Shown piece by piece: positions 1 through 10,771 of a stretch of DNA of 64,000 bases. The stretch's first letter is position 1; each line of letters opens with the position of its first letter. This DNA comes from Aplysia californica (Eukaryota), in assembly GCF_000002075.1 (NCBI RefSeq), contig NW_004797466.1:622381-686380 (forward strand). The letters are read 5' to 3'. The notes beneath the pieces are model-generated. The model had not been told where the DNA came from, made no database searches, and worked only from the letters and a program-made list of their open reading frames with translations. A program made the translations under genes and the position numbers.

Positions 1-35
1 CAGAATCATTATTTTGTATCAACCTTTGTTGAAAG

Positions 36-92
36 ATGGCGGCGTCCACAAACCCAGGAACACAACAGAAAAGTATTGTCACTACAAAACAG
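36..92 (+). CDS. PSMG3: PSMG3 coding exon 1
   Basis: ATG at 36 in aagATGG context; donor CAG|GTTGGT. Confidence 0.85.
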
Positions 93-3000
93 GTTGGTTA
101 GTGGGTGATTTTCAATTATTTGTGGTCAATCTTCTTTTGAATTGACTAATTCGGTAAGGATGGTAGAATCATTGTGAACTGTGCAATACACAAGGGTCTG
201 AATGTCTATAGCCTACTAACTTCTCAGATCTTCCTCGTTCTCGATGACAGTGCCAGTGCTCAGCTAGACAGTCAGTCCGCGGCTAAGTCGCGCACAAACT
301 GTGTAGTTCGCTTCAAATCTGACAGACTGCCTTAGAGCTTTCTTTCAAGGGGAGTCACATTCTGCCACGCCTGTGTACGAAGGGTGGCGTAGCGCAAGCA
401 GTGCTGAAGGATATGGATGGCATCCTCTTGGACCTGTCCACGTTCACAGATCAATCGCTGCGGCGATTGTTAAGATTCCCGCGTTTAATTCCGATGTGCT
501 TTTTTCATACCCTCAGGCATATTTCGCTTTGGTCCCTAACCCTAGGTTAGGGTTAGGGTTAGGGCCAGGGTTAGGGTTAGGGACCAAAGCGAAGTATGCC
601 TGAGGGTATGAAAAACACACATCGGAATTAAACGCGGGAATCTTAACAATCGCCATCGCTGCCTCTCCTACTTTTAATTTGGTGTGCATATGGTATTTTT
701 GAGTCTGTTGTGGCCACAACGGAGTCTAAAGATTGTGACCTGGTCTGCTCTATTTAGTATGTAGATTAGTAGGGGTCAAGTTAGTTGTGTTTAGGGTGGG
801 ACCTTTTCCGTCTGTTTCTCAAGGCAGATTTTATTAGTGTTACTAACTAACTTGTCCTTAAAAGCGACCATTTTAGAGCTGAAATTGATATAGTCTTTTG
901 TGCCTCTCTTTGTTTATGTGTGTATGTGTACGAATTGAAATTGAAAATTACATGTACTGCTGGATCAAAGGCTACTTTAAGTTACCATGACAATTGTTTT
1001 GTTTGTGTGTTTTTGTAGGCAGCTGCTGATATAGCAGGTCATCATACAGAGATTGTAGTTAACAACTTCAAGGACCACTTGTTCATCATAGCCACCCAAT
1101 ATATGAAGCTTGGAACTGTTGTAAGTGGCTTTTTTTCTTTTTGTCTCATTTTGGCACTATATGGTGCTGCTGAATAGAATTTATATAATTATGACACATA
1201 GATTTCTGACCATTGTGTCAAAAGAATTGTACCTATGTTTCCTTTTAGGAGACCATAAAATGCAAGAGGGTGGCCAATTGTCAAACCTCAATATTACTCA
1301 AAGTAACTAACCTCAAGAATCTGTGTCAATGAAATGCCTCATCTAGCTTGAACACTAAGTAATTTAAGTATAAAAATGCTGGCTGGGAGGCTCTGTCCAC
1401 ACTTTAATAGTCAAAGTTACTCAAGAAATATTGAAGACTATTGCCACAACCATGGTGCCTTAGAAAATCACAGAGGACAATTATTCATACAGTACAGTCT
1501 CTCTATAACGACATTGTTGGTATATAGAGAGTTGTCATTATAGAGAGGCAACTAAAATATTACTAAGTGGGTGGTTGGTGGGTGCTCTGGTGTGGTTTGC
1601 TCTTTCTTTTCTTTCTAACATCTATAGTCCTTATCTCCCCTTCTTCTTTTTTATGTTTGTTACTCTCTTGTAACACCTCTAATCTTCTGGCGCTCATATG
1701 ACCTTACNNNNNNNNNNNNNNNNNNNNNNNNNNNNNNNNNNNNNNNNNNNNNNNNNNNNNNNNNNNNNNNNNNNNNNNNNNNNNNNNNNNNNNNNNNNNN
1801 NNNNNNNCTCTCTTGTAACACCTCTAATCATCTGGCACTCATATGACCTTATGCAGTTGCGAGCGCCGTAAAACCTCTACTAAAACAAAACTAAAATATT
1901 ACTATTTATATATAAGGAAAACCATGTCGCTATACAGAGGATGTCGTTATATCGAAGAGGCTGCACTGTATGTGATTCAAGTAATCATAATTCTGTGTCC
2001 CATTTAAAAATACTTTTGTTTATGTGTGGATTTTAGCAAAAAATGTCAATAAAAAACAAACAAAAATGTAAATTTGCACATTTCAAGGATTCTCATGCTT
2101 TGTTGTTTTGTTTAGTATAGGGTTTTACGGCGCTCGCAACTGCATAAGGTCCTATGAGCGCGCGGGACACACCTAATACTTTTTCGTTGGTAGGAAATTT
2201 TGAATTTTGCTCGGGTGGCGGCCGAAGCCTACTCTTATCGATTTTAGACCACCAAGGGATCTTTAACGTGCGCAACTTGCACACGGGCCCTCCGAGATTT
2301 TTCGCCCTTTTCTGAGAAGGCTAGGTGTAGATCTTTCCTACCAGAAGATCAGGGGTGTGGCAGAAAGACAGCAGTTAGGAGGAGCCAAGGAGTAGCAGTA
2401 GAAAGGCTGCAGAAAGAGTCAGGAGCCCAGAGGAGGGGGCAAAGGAGGTGAGGGGGTGGGGGCAGAAAGTGGAAATGAAAGCGGACAACAGAACATTGTT
2501 AGAGATCAGGAAAGGATGTGAAAGGAGACAATTTTAGAGAAAAAATTTTTTTGGTCGCTACCCGGAATCGAACCCGGGACCTTTGAATGAGAGGCCAACA
2601 CCTTAACCTCTAGGCCACGAGAGCCCCCTCTCATGCTTTGGAAGTCATTATATTTTGGCAGCCATTTTATCGTTCTTTTTACCTCTGACACCAGACGATC
2701 CCCCCACCTCCGTCAATTGCAAATGTCTTGACTTCTATTCAAGATAGATGGATATTCTTTCCACCAAAACCAATACAAGTGAACAAGATGATATCATTAA
2801 CTATTAACCCCATGTCCACGAAAATTGTTGTGAGCTGATTCTACCATGTCTTGACACAACTATAAAATTTACATAATTTTAGGTGCAAGTGACACAAGAT
2901 TTGATTGCTGATGAAGTACAAGGAAGCTGCCCCATGTTCTCAACAAATGTTTTGCTTGGAAAGGATGAGGTGAGGTTTCATTATTATTATTTTACATGAA

Positions 3001-4526
3001 CATAATGTATTTTCTTTTTTTATTGCATGTAAATCTATTAACATGTTGCAAGAACCCATTTAGCCGGAGGTTGGAGGGCGCCACTGGTAGGTTCTTCTCC
3101 TTCACTTTCCCTCTGTTGTTTCTGTCTGTCTTACTTTTTCCCAGCACTAAATGACCATTTTGTTTATGTTAAATGATAAATGTATGAAATGAGACTGCGG
3201 ATGAAATGATTCAAAGCACAACAAATTCCTTTTGTCTACCGTTCAATTTTGCTTAATCAGAGATTTCGATGAAAACAAGATTTAACAAACATCATTTTAG
3301 ATCAATAATCCGGTAGGGATATGTGTTAGGTTGCAATGCAGTGTTTACAGCAATTATTGGCTTCATGTTGGGACACCCTTTTTTTATTTTCCCTTTAATC
3401 AACAGTGGTTTGGTTTGAATTGAGACACTTTCTTTTCTTTGGTGTGTGAATGTGTCAGTGTCAGACTAGAGAACAAAAACGACACATCTTAATGCTTGTT
3501 GTGGTAATCCGTATTACTCAATATATAAATAGATCGTTAAACGCAAATTTGCATTATGCTGTTAGACTCTCCTATTTTTCTGAACACAACAGTTTTGCAG
3601 AACAAGCCAACGGCTAAGGTAAGAGCTGGGTATTTGACACTATGGGTCCATGTTTAACATGTTACTATTGTTACTGCCATGGCTGTAGACTTCTATGAAT
3701 ACGATTTATGAACCGACGTCTGTGGTGAAGTGGTTAGGTGCTTTGCCATCACATGCAGAAGACCTGAGTTCGATTATGATAGTGTAAGGGGAATTTTCAT
3801 GACATATCTTGGTCTTTCTGGTGGGACATTGTATCCTTCACTCTCAGTCCTAGTTATTGGCCCTTACAGAGTTGAAGCCAGCCTCCTAAATCTTCTAAAT
3901 TGTGTTGATGGGGCATAAAATATTTTATCTACCCAGTAGTTCTACATCAAAAATTTTATGATGGTGGCATATTTGCACCTCTGTTATCAATGCCCAGCCT
4001 GTTAACCTCCACTCCACCCCGCCCCCCACTTCCCCACCCCTTCACTGAAGAAATTAAAACGGTTGGACTTTTGTCTGTACCCACACAATGTGGGTGTTCT
4101 CTTTGTGTCAGCTTCTTGGACCAATGAACCCTGACCTCCTGAGCCCAAAATAACCTGTTCCCTGGCTTCTGGATGAAAAATATCTACATGGCTACACACC
4201 AAAGTATATATATTCAAATCAATTCCCTTTTTTATCCCTGTATGGACTGCTTGTAGACTAGCATACACTGATGTATCGGTGCTTCGGGGAAGGAGCAGAT
4301 AACCCGCACACTGATATAAATCGGTGTCATGGATTCATTGGGCTAAGTTTTTATTTTCTCTTTCCCCCTTTCTTTCATTTGCCAGCCTCTCACCCATGTG
4401 ATGGCCAAGACAATAGTGGCTGCCCTCAACCCATCGAAGGACGTGATTCTCTCTCTAGCCTTGAAAGACACGACACCAGACACGGTGCACGCCGTGACCG
4501 ACTTGATCAAAACTTGTTTGAGATAG
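36..4526 (+). CDS. PSMG3: Proteasome assembly chaperone 3 (PAC3), 4 coding exons join(36..92,1019..1120,2883..2969,4386..4526), 128 aa
   Basis: Spliced translation MAASTNPGTQQKSIVTTKQ|AAADIAGHHTEIVVNNFKDHLFIIATQYMKLGTV|VQVTQDLIADEVQGSCPMFSTNVLLGKDE|PLTHVMAKTIVAALNPSKDVILSLALKDTTPDTVHAVTDLIKTCLR* matches PSMG3 motifs (TQ.GK.GT, VLLG.DEPL.HV.AK). All three introns are GT-AG, phase 0. Confidence 0.93.
462..654. mobile_element. Foldback MITE: 83-bp TIRs, 8-bp TSD ATCGCTGC, central telomeric TTAGGG repeats
   Basis: 462..544 is the reverse complement of 572..654 (3 mismatches); ATCGCTGC at 454..461 and 655..662; GG...CC termini. Confidence 0.9.
1019..1120 (+). CDS. PSMG3: PSMG3 coding exon 2
   Basis: ttttgtag| acceptor, |gtaagt donor; AAADIAG...YMKLGTV. 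Confidence 0.92.
1490..1968. mobile_element. Tc1/mariner-pogo-like MITE (TA-flanked) interrupted by a SINE
   Basis: TA|CAGTACAGTCTCTCTATAACGAC ... GTCGTTATATCGAAGAGGCTGCACTG|TA imperfect TIRs. Confidence 0.7.
1566..1888 (+). mobile_element. Short retroposon family A (gap-split copy)
   Basis: 16-bp TSD AACTAAAATATTACTA at 1550..1565 and 1889..1904; shared 3' stem-loop tail. Confidence 0.8.
2103..2628 (-). mobile_element. Full-length tRNA(Glu-like)-derived SINE (family C)
   Basis: A box TGGCCTAGAGG, B box GGTTCGATTCC, GCACGTTAAAGATCCC core, shared 3' tail; 12-bp TSD TCTCATGCTTTG at 2091..2102 and 2629..2640. Confidence 0.85.
2883..2969 (+). CDS. PSMG3: PSMG3 coding exon 3
   Basis: ttttag| ... 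|gtgagg; VQVTQ...VLLGKDE. Confidence 0.92.
3718..3920 (+). mobile_element. Degenerate tRNA-derived SINE (family E); also at 7454..7656 and on - strand at about 30578..30775
   Basis: TGGTGAAGTGG A-box-like and GAGTTCGATT B-box-like motifs; colinear homology with the reverse complement of 30578..30775. Confidence 0.6.
4386..4526 (+). CDS. PSMG3: PSMG3 coding exon 4 (terminal)
   Basis: polypyrimidine tract then ccag|; PLTHVMAK...TCLR TAG; AATAAA at about 4960. Confidence 0.92.
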   Translation, partial: PLTHVMAKTIVAALNPSKDVILSLALKDTTPDTVHAVTDLIKTCLR

Positions 4527-4708
4527 AAAGAATTTGTGTGGGCTGAGAAATGTGAATGAAAAAGAGAGGTTTTGAAAGGCTGAAACATGCTTGTGTAGGT
4601 GTGTAAGAGAGAGAGAGAGATGGGGGGGGGGGGGAAGAATGACTCTGAAAATGAGAGAAAAGAGAAAGAGCAGGAAGAGAGAGCATGAGAGAGGGGGAAG
4701 CGAGTGAC

Positions 4709-4751
<43 letters not shown>

Positions 4752-6580
4752 AAGAAAGAGAATGAGAGATAGATGAGATTGTGATTGGGGAGGAGGCGGG
4801 AAGTGCTATGAAAGAGAGATGGTCAGTGTCAATGTTTGAAGTGTGTATTTGGAAGTATGGTGATATTATAAACACAATACACTGAGCAAAAGGTATAAGA
4901 AAGTGCATGTATACACAAATGGAAGTGAATTTTGTTATTGCAACTTTGAATGGCTACTGAATAAAGTTAGTCTAATTTCTTTGCAGTTGTTGTCTTGCTT
5001 TCTGACCATTTGTTCATTTTTGAAAATGACTTAGGAAGGAAGACTTAATAAGAAAGGGACACACCAGCATAAAAAGTCCAGTGTCCTAACAGAGTCTCTA
5101 ATCCAAAAAGGGTTTGTAACACATCTGCATTTTGTATTCCAATGCTTTTGTGAGGCTTGAGGTTTATATTTAAAATGATTATCTACAGGTATAATGTCAT
5201 GATGTTAAGCTTGATGTATATTTTTCAAATGTTTATATCATACATGTACTGGTAAAGGCATCTGTGGTGTAGCGTCTAATGTTTAAGTGAGTTCAGTTCC
5301 TTAGTTCCTATAGGAGAAATATATTTTACCGTGTGTCTCATTGTACGCCTGGCCTCCTCCAAGATGTAAATATGAGTTTGAGGGGAGTTATAACATTGAG
5401 GTCAACTGCAGATTATGTTATATGTGACAAAATTGTGCTGGAGCCACTTTTTTTGTCCGAAAAATGACAACTTGACGTAACATTTTTCATTTTTTTAAAG
5501 AATGTAGGTTGGCTTTCTGATACTTTATCATTTGCAGATCATTTGAGTACTTAAGACAAAAACACTCAAAACAAATTTTTTTTCGATGTATACATGTCTT
5601 GTATTTTCTGTTACTGCATTATATGAATTATAAATACAATCGTACAAGAGAACTCTACTGACAATAATTATGGACGGAGGTAACTAAAAATATTATCACA
5701 GCTGGAATTAGACCATGGGTCTACAAATATAGTGTCTAACAGTATACAGTAATACAATTTAAGGTATTTGATCACTGTTGACCATTTATGGTTTTACCAC
5801 TGCCTCAACAGTACCATACACACGTAGAGGGATACACAAACCATTCCCATACAACACTAAGCATTACATTAACTCACTCACTGTCTGGCACTTTATGGCT
5901 CAACATTCAAAGAATGCCAGGTGTTTTGGCACCAATCTAAAAATAAATAAATCATTGCTACCTTTCTATTTACCACTCAACAAAGAAACTTAGCTTGCAA
6001 AAAGGCAATAAAATTATTGCTACCTTTCTATTTACCACTCAACAAAGAAACTTAGCTTGCAAAAAGGCAATAAAACATACAATAAAATTAAAAAACGGGT
6101 CGTCAGGTAAAAATAATTTGAGTTAATTTGAGATTTTATTTATTTATNNNNNNNNNNNNNNNNNNNNNNNNNNNNNNNNNNNNNNNNNNNNNNNNNNNNN
6201 NNNNNNNNNNNNNNNNNNNNNNNNNNNNNNNNNNNNNNNNNNNNNNNTTTTTGGTCGCTACCCGGAATCGAACCCGGGACCTTTGAATGAGAGGCCAACA
6301 CCTTAACCTCTAGGCCACGAGAGCCCCCTCTCATGCTTTGGAAGTCATTATATTTTGGCAGCCATTTTATCGTTCTTTTTACCTCTGACACCAGACGATC
6401 CCCCCACCTCCGTCAATTGCAAATGTCTTGACTTCTATTCAAGATAGATGGATATTCTTTCCACCAAAACCAATAGAAGTGAACAAGATGATATCATTAA
6501 CCCCATGTCCACGAAAATTGTTGTGAGCTGATTCTACCATGTCTTGACACAATTATAAAATGTAGGCTACATAATTTTAG

Positions 6581-6667
6581 GTGCAAGTGACACGAGATTT
6601 GATTGCTGATGAAGTACAAGGAAGCTGCCCCATGTTCTCAACAAATGTTTTGCTTGGAAAGGATGAG
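6581..6667 (+). CDS. PSMG3: Second copy of PSMG3 exon 3 (probable haplotype/assembly duplicate; Q to R change)
   Basis: Identical to 2883..2969 except CAA to CGA; lies in the duplicated block after a 100-N gap. Confidence 0.6.
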
Positions 6668-8132
6668 GTGAGGTTTCATTATTATTATTTTACATGAACA
6701 TAATGTATTTTCTTTTTTTTATTGCATGTAAATCTATTAACATGTTGCAAGAACCCATTTAGCAGGAGGTTGGAGGGCGCCACTGGTAGGTTCTTCTCCT
6801 TCACTTTCCCTCTGTTGTTTCTGTCTGTCTTACTTTTTCCCAGCACTAAATGACCATTTTGTTTATGTTAAATGATAAATGTATTGTTTATGAAGATAAT
6901 CATAATGACAGACAATATATATATAATATGTGAAATGAGACTGCGGATAAAATGATTAAAAGCACAACAAATCCCTTTGGTCCACCGTTCAATTTTGCTT
7001 AATCAGAGGTTTCAATGAAAGCAAGATTTAACAAACATCATTTTAGATCAATAATCCGGTATTGTTAGGTTGCAATGCAGTGTTTACAGCAGTTATTGGC
7101 TTCATGTTGGGACACCCTTTTTCGATTTTCCTTTTAATCAACAGTGGTTTGGTTTGAATTGAGAGACACTTTCTTTTCTTCGGTGTGTGAATGTGTCAGT
7201 GTCAGACTAGAGAACAAAAACGACACATCTTAATGCTTGTGTTAATCCGTATTTCTCAATATAAATAGATCGTTAAACGCAAATTTGCATTATGTTGTTA
7301 GACTCTCCTATTTTTCTGAACACAACAGTTTTGCAGAACAAGCCAACGGCTAAGGTAAGAGCTGGGTATTTGACACTATGGGTCCATGTTTAACATGTTA
7401 CTATTGTTACTGCCATGGCTGTAGACTTCTATGAATACGATTTATGAACCGACGTCTGTGGTGAAGTGGTTAGGTGCTTTGCCATCACATGCAGAAGACC
7501 TGAGTTCGATAATGATAGTGTAATGGGAATTTTCATCACATATCTTGGTCTTTCTGGTGGGACATTGTATCCTTCTCTCTCAGTCCTAGTTATTGGCCCT
7601 TACAGAGTTGAAGCCAGCCTCCTAAATCTTCTAAATTGTGTTGATGGGGCATAAAATATTTTATCTTCCCAGTAGTTCTACATAAAATTTTTTATGATGG
7701 TGGCATATTTGCACCTCTGTTATCAATGCCCAGCCTGTTAACCTCCACTCCACCCCGCCCCCCACTTCCCCACCCCTTCACTGAAGAAATGAAAATGGTT
7801 GGACTTTTGTCTGTACCCACACATTGTGGGTGTTCTCTTTGTGTCAGCTTCTTGACCCAATGACCAATGAACCCTGACCTCCTGAGCCCAAAATAACCTG
7901 TCCCCTGACTTCCTGGATGAAAAATATCTACATGGCTACACACCAAAGTATATATATTCAAATCAGTTCCCTTTTTTATCCCTGTATGGACTGCTTGTAG
8001 ACTAGCAGCATACACTGATGTATCGGTGCTTCGGGGCAGGAGCAGATAACCCGCACACTGATATAAATCGGTGTCATGGATTCATTGGGTTAAGTTTTTA
8101 TTTCCTCTTTCCCCCTTTCTTTCATTTGCCAG

Positions 8133-8273
8133 CCTCTCACCCATGTGATGGCCAAGACAATAGTGGCTGCCCTCAACCCATCGAAGGACGTGATTCTCTC
8201 TCTAGCCTTGAAAGACACGACACCAGACACGGTGCACGCCGTGACCGACTTGATCAAAACTTGTTTGAGATAG
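8133..8273 (+). CDS. PSMG3: Second copy of PSMG3 exon 4 (probable haplotype/assembly duplicate)
   Basis: Same coding sequence as 4386..4526; no second copy of exons 1-2 visible. Confidence 0.6.
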   Translation, partial: PLTHVMAKTIVAALNPSKDVILSLALKDTTPDTVHAVTDLIKTCLR

Positions 8274-8455
8274 AAAGAATTTGTGTCAGCTGAGAAATGT
8301 GAATGAAAAAGAGAGGTTTTGAAAGGCTGAAACATGCTTGTGTGTGTGTGTAAGAGAGAGAGAGAGATGGGGGGGGGGGGGGAGAATGACTCTGAAAATG
8401 AGAGAAAAGAGAAAGAGCAGGAAGAGAGAGCATGAGAGAGGGGGAAGCGAGTGAC

Positions 8456-8495
<40 letters not shown>

Positions 8496-10582
8496 AGAAA
8501 GAGAGAGAGAGAGAGAGATAGATGAGATTGTGATTGGGGAGGAGGCGGGAAGTGCTATGAAAGAGAGATGGTCAGTGTCAATGTTTGAAGTGTGTATTTG
8601 GAAGTATGGTGATATTATAAACACAATACACTGAGCAAAAGGTATAAGAAAGTGTATGTATACACAAATGGAAGTGAATTTTGTTATTGCAACTTTGAAT
8701 GGCTACTGAATAAAGTTAGTCTAATTTCTTTGCAGTTGTTGTCTTGCTTTCTGACCATTTGTTCATTTTTGAAAATGACTTAGGAAGGAAGACTTAATAA
8801 GAAAGGGACACACCAGCATAAAAAGTCCAGTGTCCTAACAGAGTCTCTAATCCAAAAAGGGTTTGTAGCACATCTGCATTTTGTATTCCAATGCTTTTGT
8901 GAGGCTTGAGGTTTATATTTAAAATGATTATCTACAGGTATAATGTCATGATGTTAAGCTTGATGTATATTTTTCAAATGTTTATATCATACATGTACTG
9001 GTAAAGGCATCTGTGGTGTAGCGTCTAATGTTTAAGTGAGTTCAGTTCCTTAGTTCCTATAGGAGAAATATATTTTACCGTGTGTCTCATTGTACGCCTG
9101 GCCTCCTCCAAGATGTAAATATGAGTTTGAGGGGAGTTATAACATTGAGGTCAACTGCAGATTATGTTATATTTATTTGTGACAAAATTGTGCTGAAGCC
9201 ACTTTTTTTGTCCGAAAAATGACAACTTGACGTAACATTTTTCATTTTTTAAAAGAATGTAGGTTGGCTTTCTGATACTTTATCATTTGCAGATCATTTG
9301 AGTACTTAAGACAAAAACACTCAAAACAAATTTTTTTTCGATATGTATACATGTCTTGTATTTTCTGTTACTGCATTATATGAATTATAAATACAATCAT
9401 ACAAGAGAACTCTACTGACAATAATTATGGACGGAGGTAACTAAAAATATTATCACAGCTGGAATTAGACCATGGGTCTACAAATATAGTGTCTAACAGT
9501 ATACAGTAATACAATGTAAGGTATTTGATCACTGTTGACCATTTATGGTTTTACCACTGCCTCAACAGTACAATACACACGTAGAGGGATACACAAACCA
9601 TTCCCATACAACACTAAGCATTACATTAACTCACTCACCGTCTGGCACTTTATGGCTCAACATTCAAAAAATGCCAGGTGTTTTGGCACCTATCTAAAAA
9701 AAATAAAATTATTGCTACCTTTCTATTTACCACTCAACAAAGAAACTTAGCTTGCAAAAAGGCAATAAAACATACTGCACAATGCAAATAAAATTGTTAA
9801 GATACCTATGGTTATTTTTTAATAATGTTTTGCAAATTATCAAAATAAATTTTTTTAAACGTTTAAAAAATCATGTTCAGTGTCACTAATCCAAACAGCC
9901 TTCCACTACCTCTACTAAACTCTGGACCTTGTGTTTCGGGTCGTCAGGTAAAAATAATTTGAGTTAATTTGAGATTTTATTTAGTTATCAAGGCATGCAA
10001 CTCAAACACTACTCAATCAACTCATACTCATAAAGGACAGCAGTTACAAACCCATAAAGACCAGCCCTGAAACACATAAGGTAATAGTAGATAAAAAAAG
10101 TAAACTTGAAACCAAAGTGTTTCGGTAACAGCTGTACCCAGTCTATTGACTTTTCCCAAATTATTTTGGGTGTGGCAGCGAACAAGTTAATTCTCAGACT
10201 TCTTTAAATTCAAAAAGGTAATGTCGACTTTCATTGTGATCACTGGTAAAAAAACAGTTTAGCACTCTTAATGAAACAACAATACATTTTTATGGCATTA
10301 GAGTAGAAGTCAATATAGAGAATTTGCCATTACCACACAAGAATTGGTCTCTAGATTAACTTGAAGGACGTTTGAACAATTTAAATAATATTCATCATGA
10401 ACTGTACAAATATTTTCAGTTCAGAGCTGCCCTCCTACTTCTTTAGCGCTTATCTACATAGTTTGCTGTTAGGACCTTGTGCTATCTACACTGTAAAAAG
10501 TGAAAGCTAATTGACAGAAAATATGCAGACAAAACAAAAGTTCTGGTAGTAACAGTAAGGCAGTGACAAAGTTCTGGGAAAA

Positions 10583-10771
10583 CTATCTCATCCGGATAAG
10601 CGACGCTACATAGAGCCAGATGGACATGACATTGTTGGAGTATCCATGGACGTAGACTGCTAGGGCAAACTCCACCTCACTCGTCTCCTGAGCATGGACG
10701 CCCGTGGCAAAGACAGATTCTGTGATGCTGTCCATGTCTGTGTAGGGAATGTTCAGAGGGAAGCCCGACAC
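10583..10771 (-). CDS. CC2D2A: CC2D2A terminal exon
   Basis: ctctag|[10 protein letters not shown]...[12 protein letters not shown]. Confidence 0.93.
   Translation of the reverse strand: MSGFPLNIPYTDMDSITESVFATGVHAQETSEVEFALAVYVHGYSNNVMSIWLYVASLIRMR

Larger units (their letters stand above)
6248..9983 (+). repeat. About 3.6-3.7 kb direct duplicate of 2547..6147
   Basis: Colinear near-identity with small indels and SNPs, separated from the first copy by exactly 100 N (6148..6247). Confidence 0.9.

Noticed and set aside
373-719. Two opposite-strand ORFs encoding nearly the same peptide (AIVKIPAFNSDV...GLGTKAKYA)
   Set aside because: By-product of the palindromic MITE; the GLGLG/PNPNP runs are translated telomeric repeat.
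2552-2628. tRNA-Glu-like gene on - strand (also 6252..6328)
   Set aside because: Acceptor and anticodon stems pair poorly, and it is the head of a TSD-bounded SINE.
4271-4546. 91-aa ORF (and its copy at 8018..8293)
   Set aside because: Alternative frame over PSMG3 exon 4 plus intron; the real frame is PLTHVMAK.
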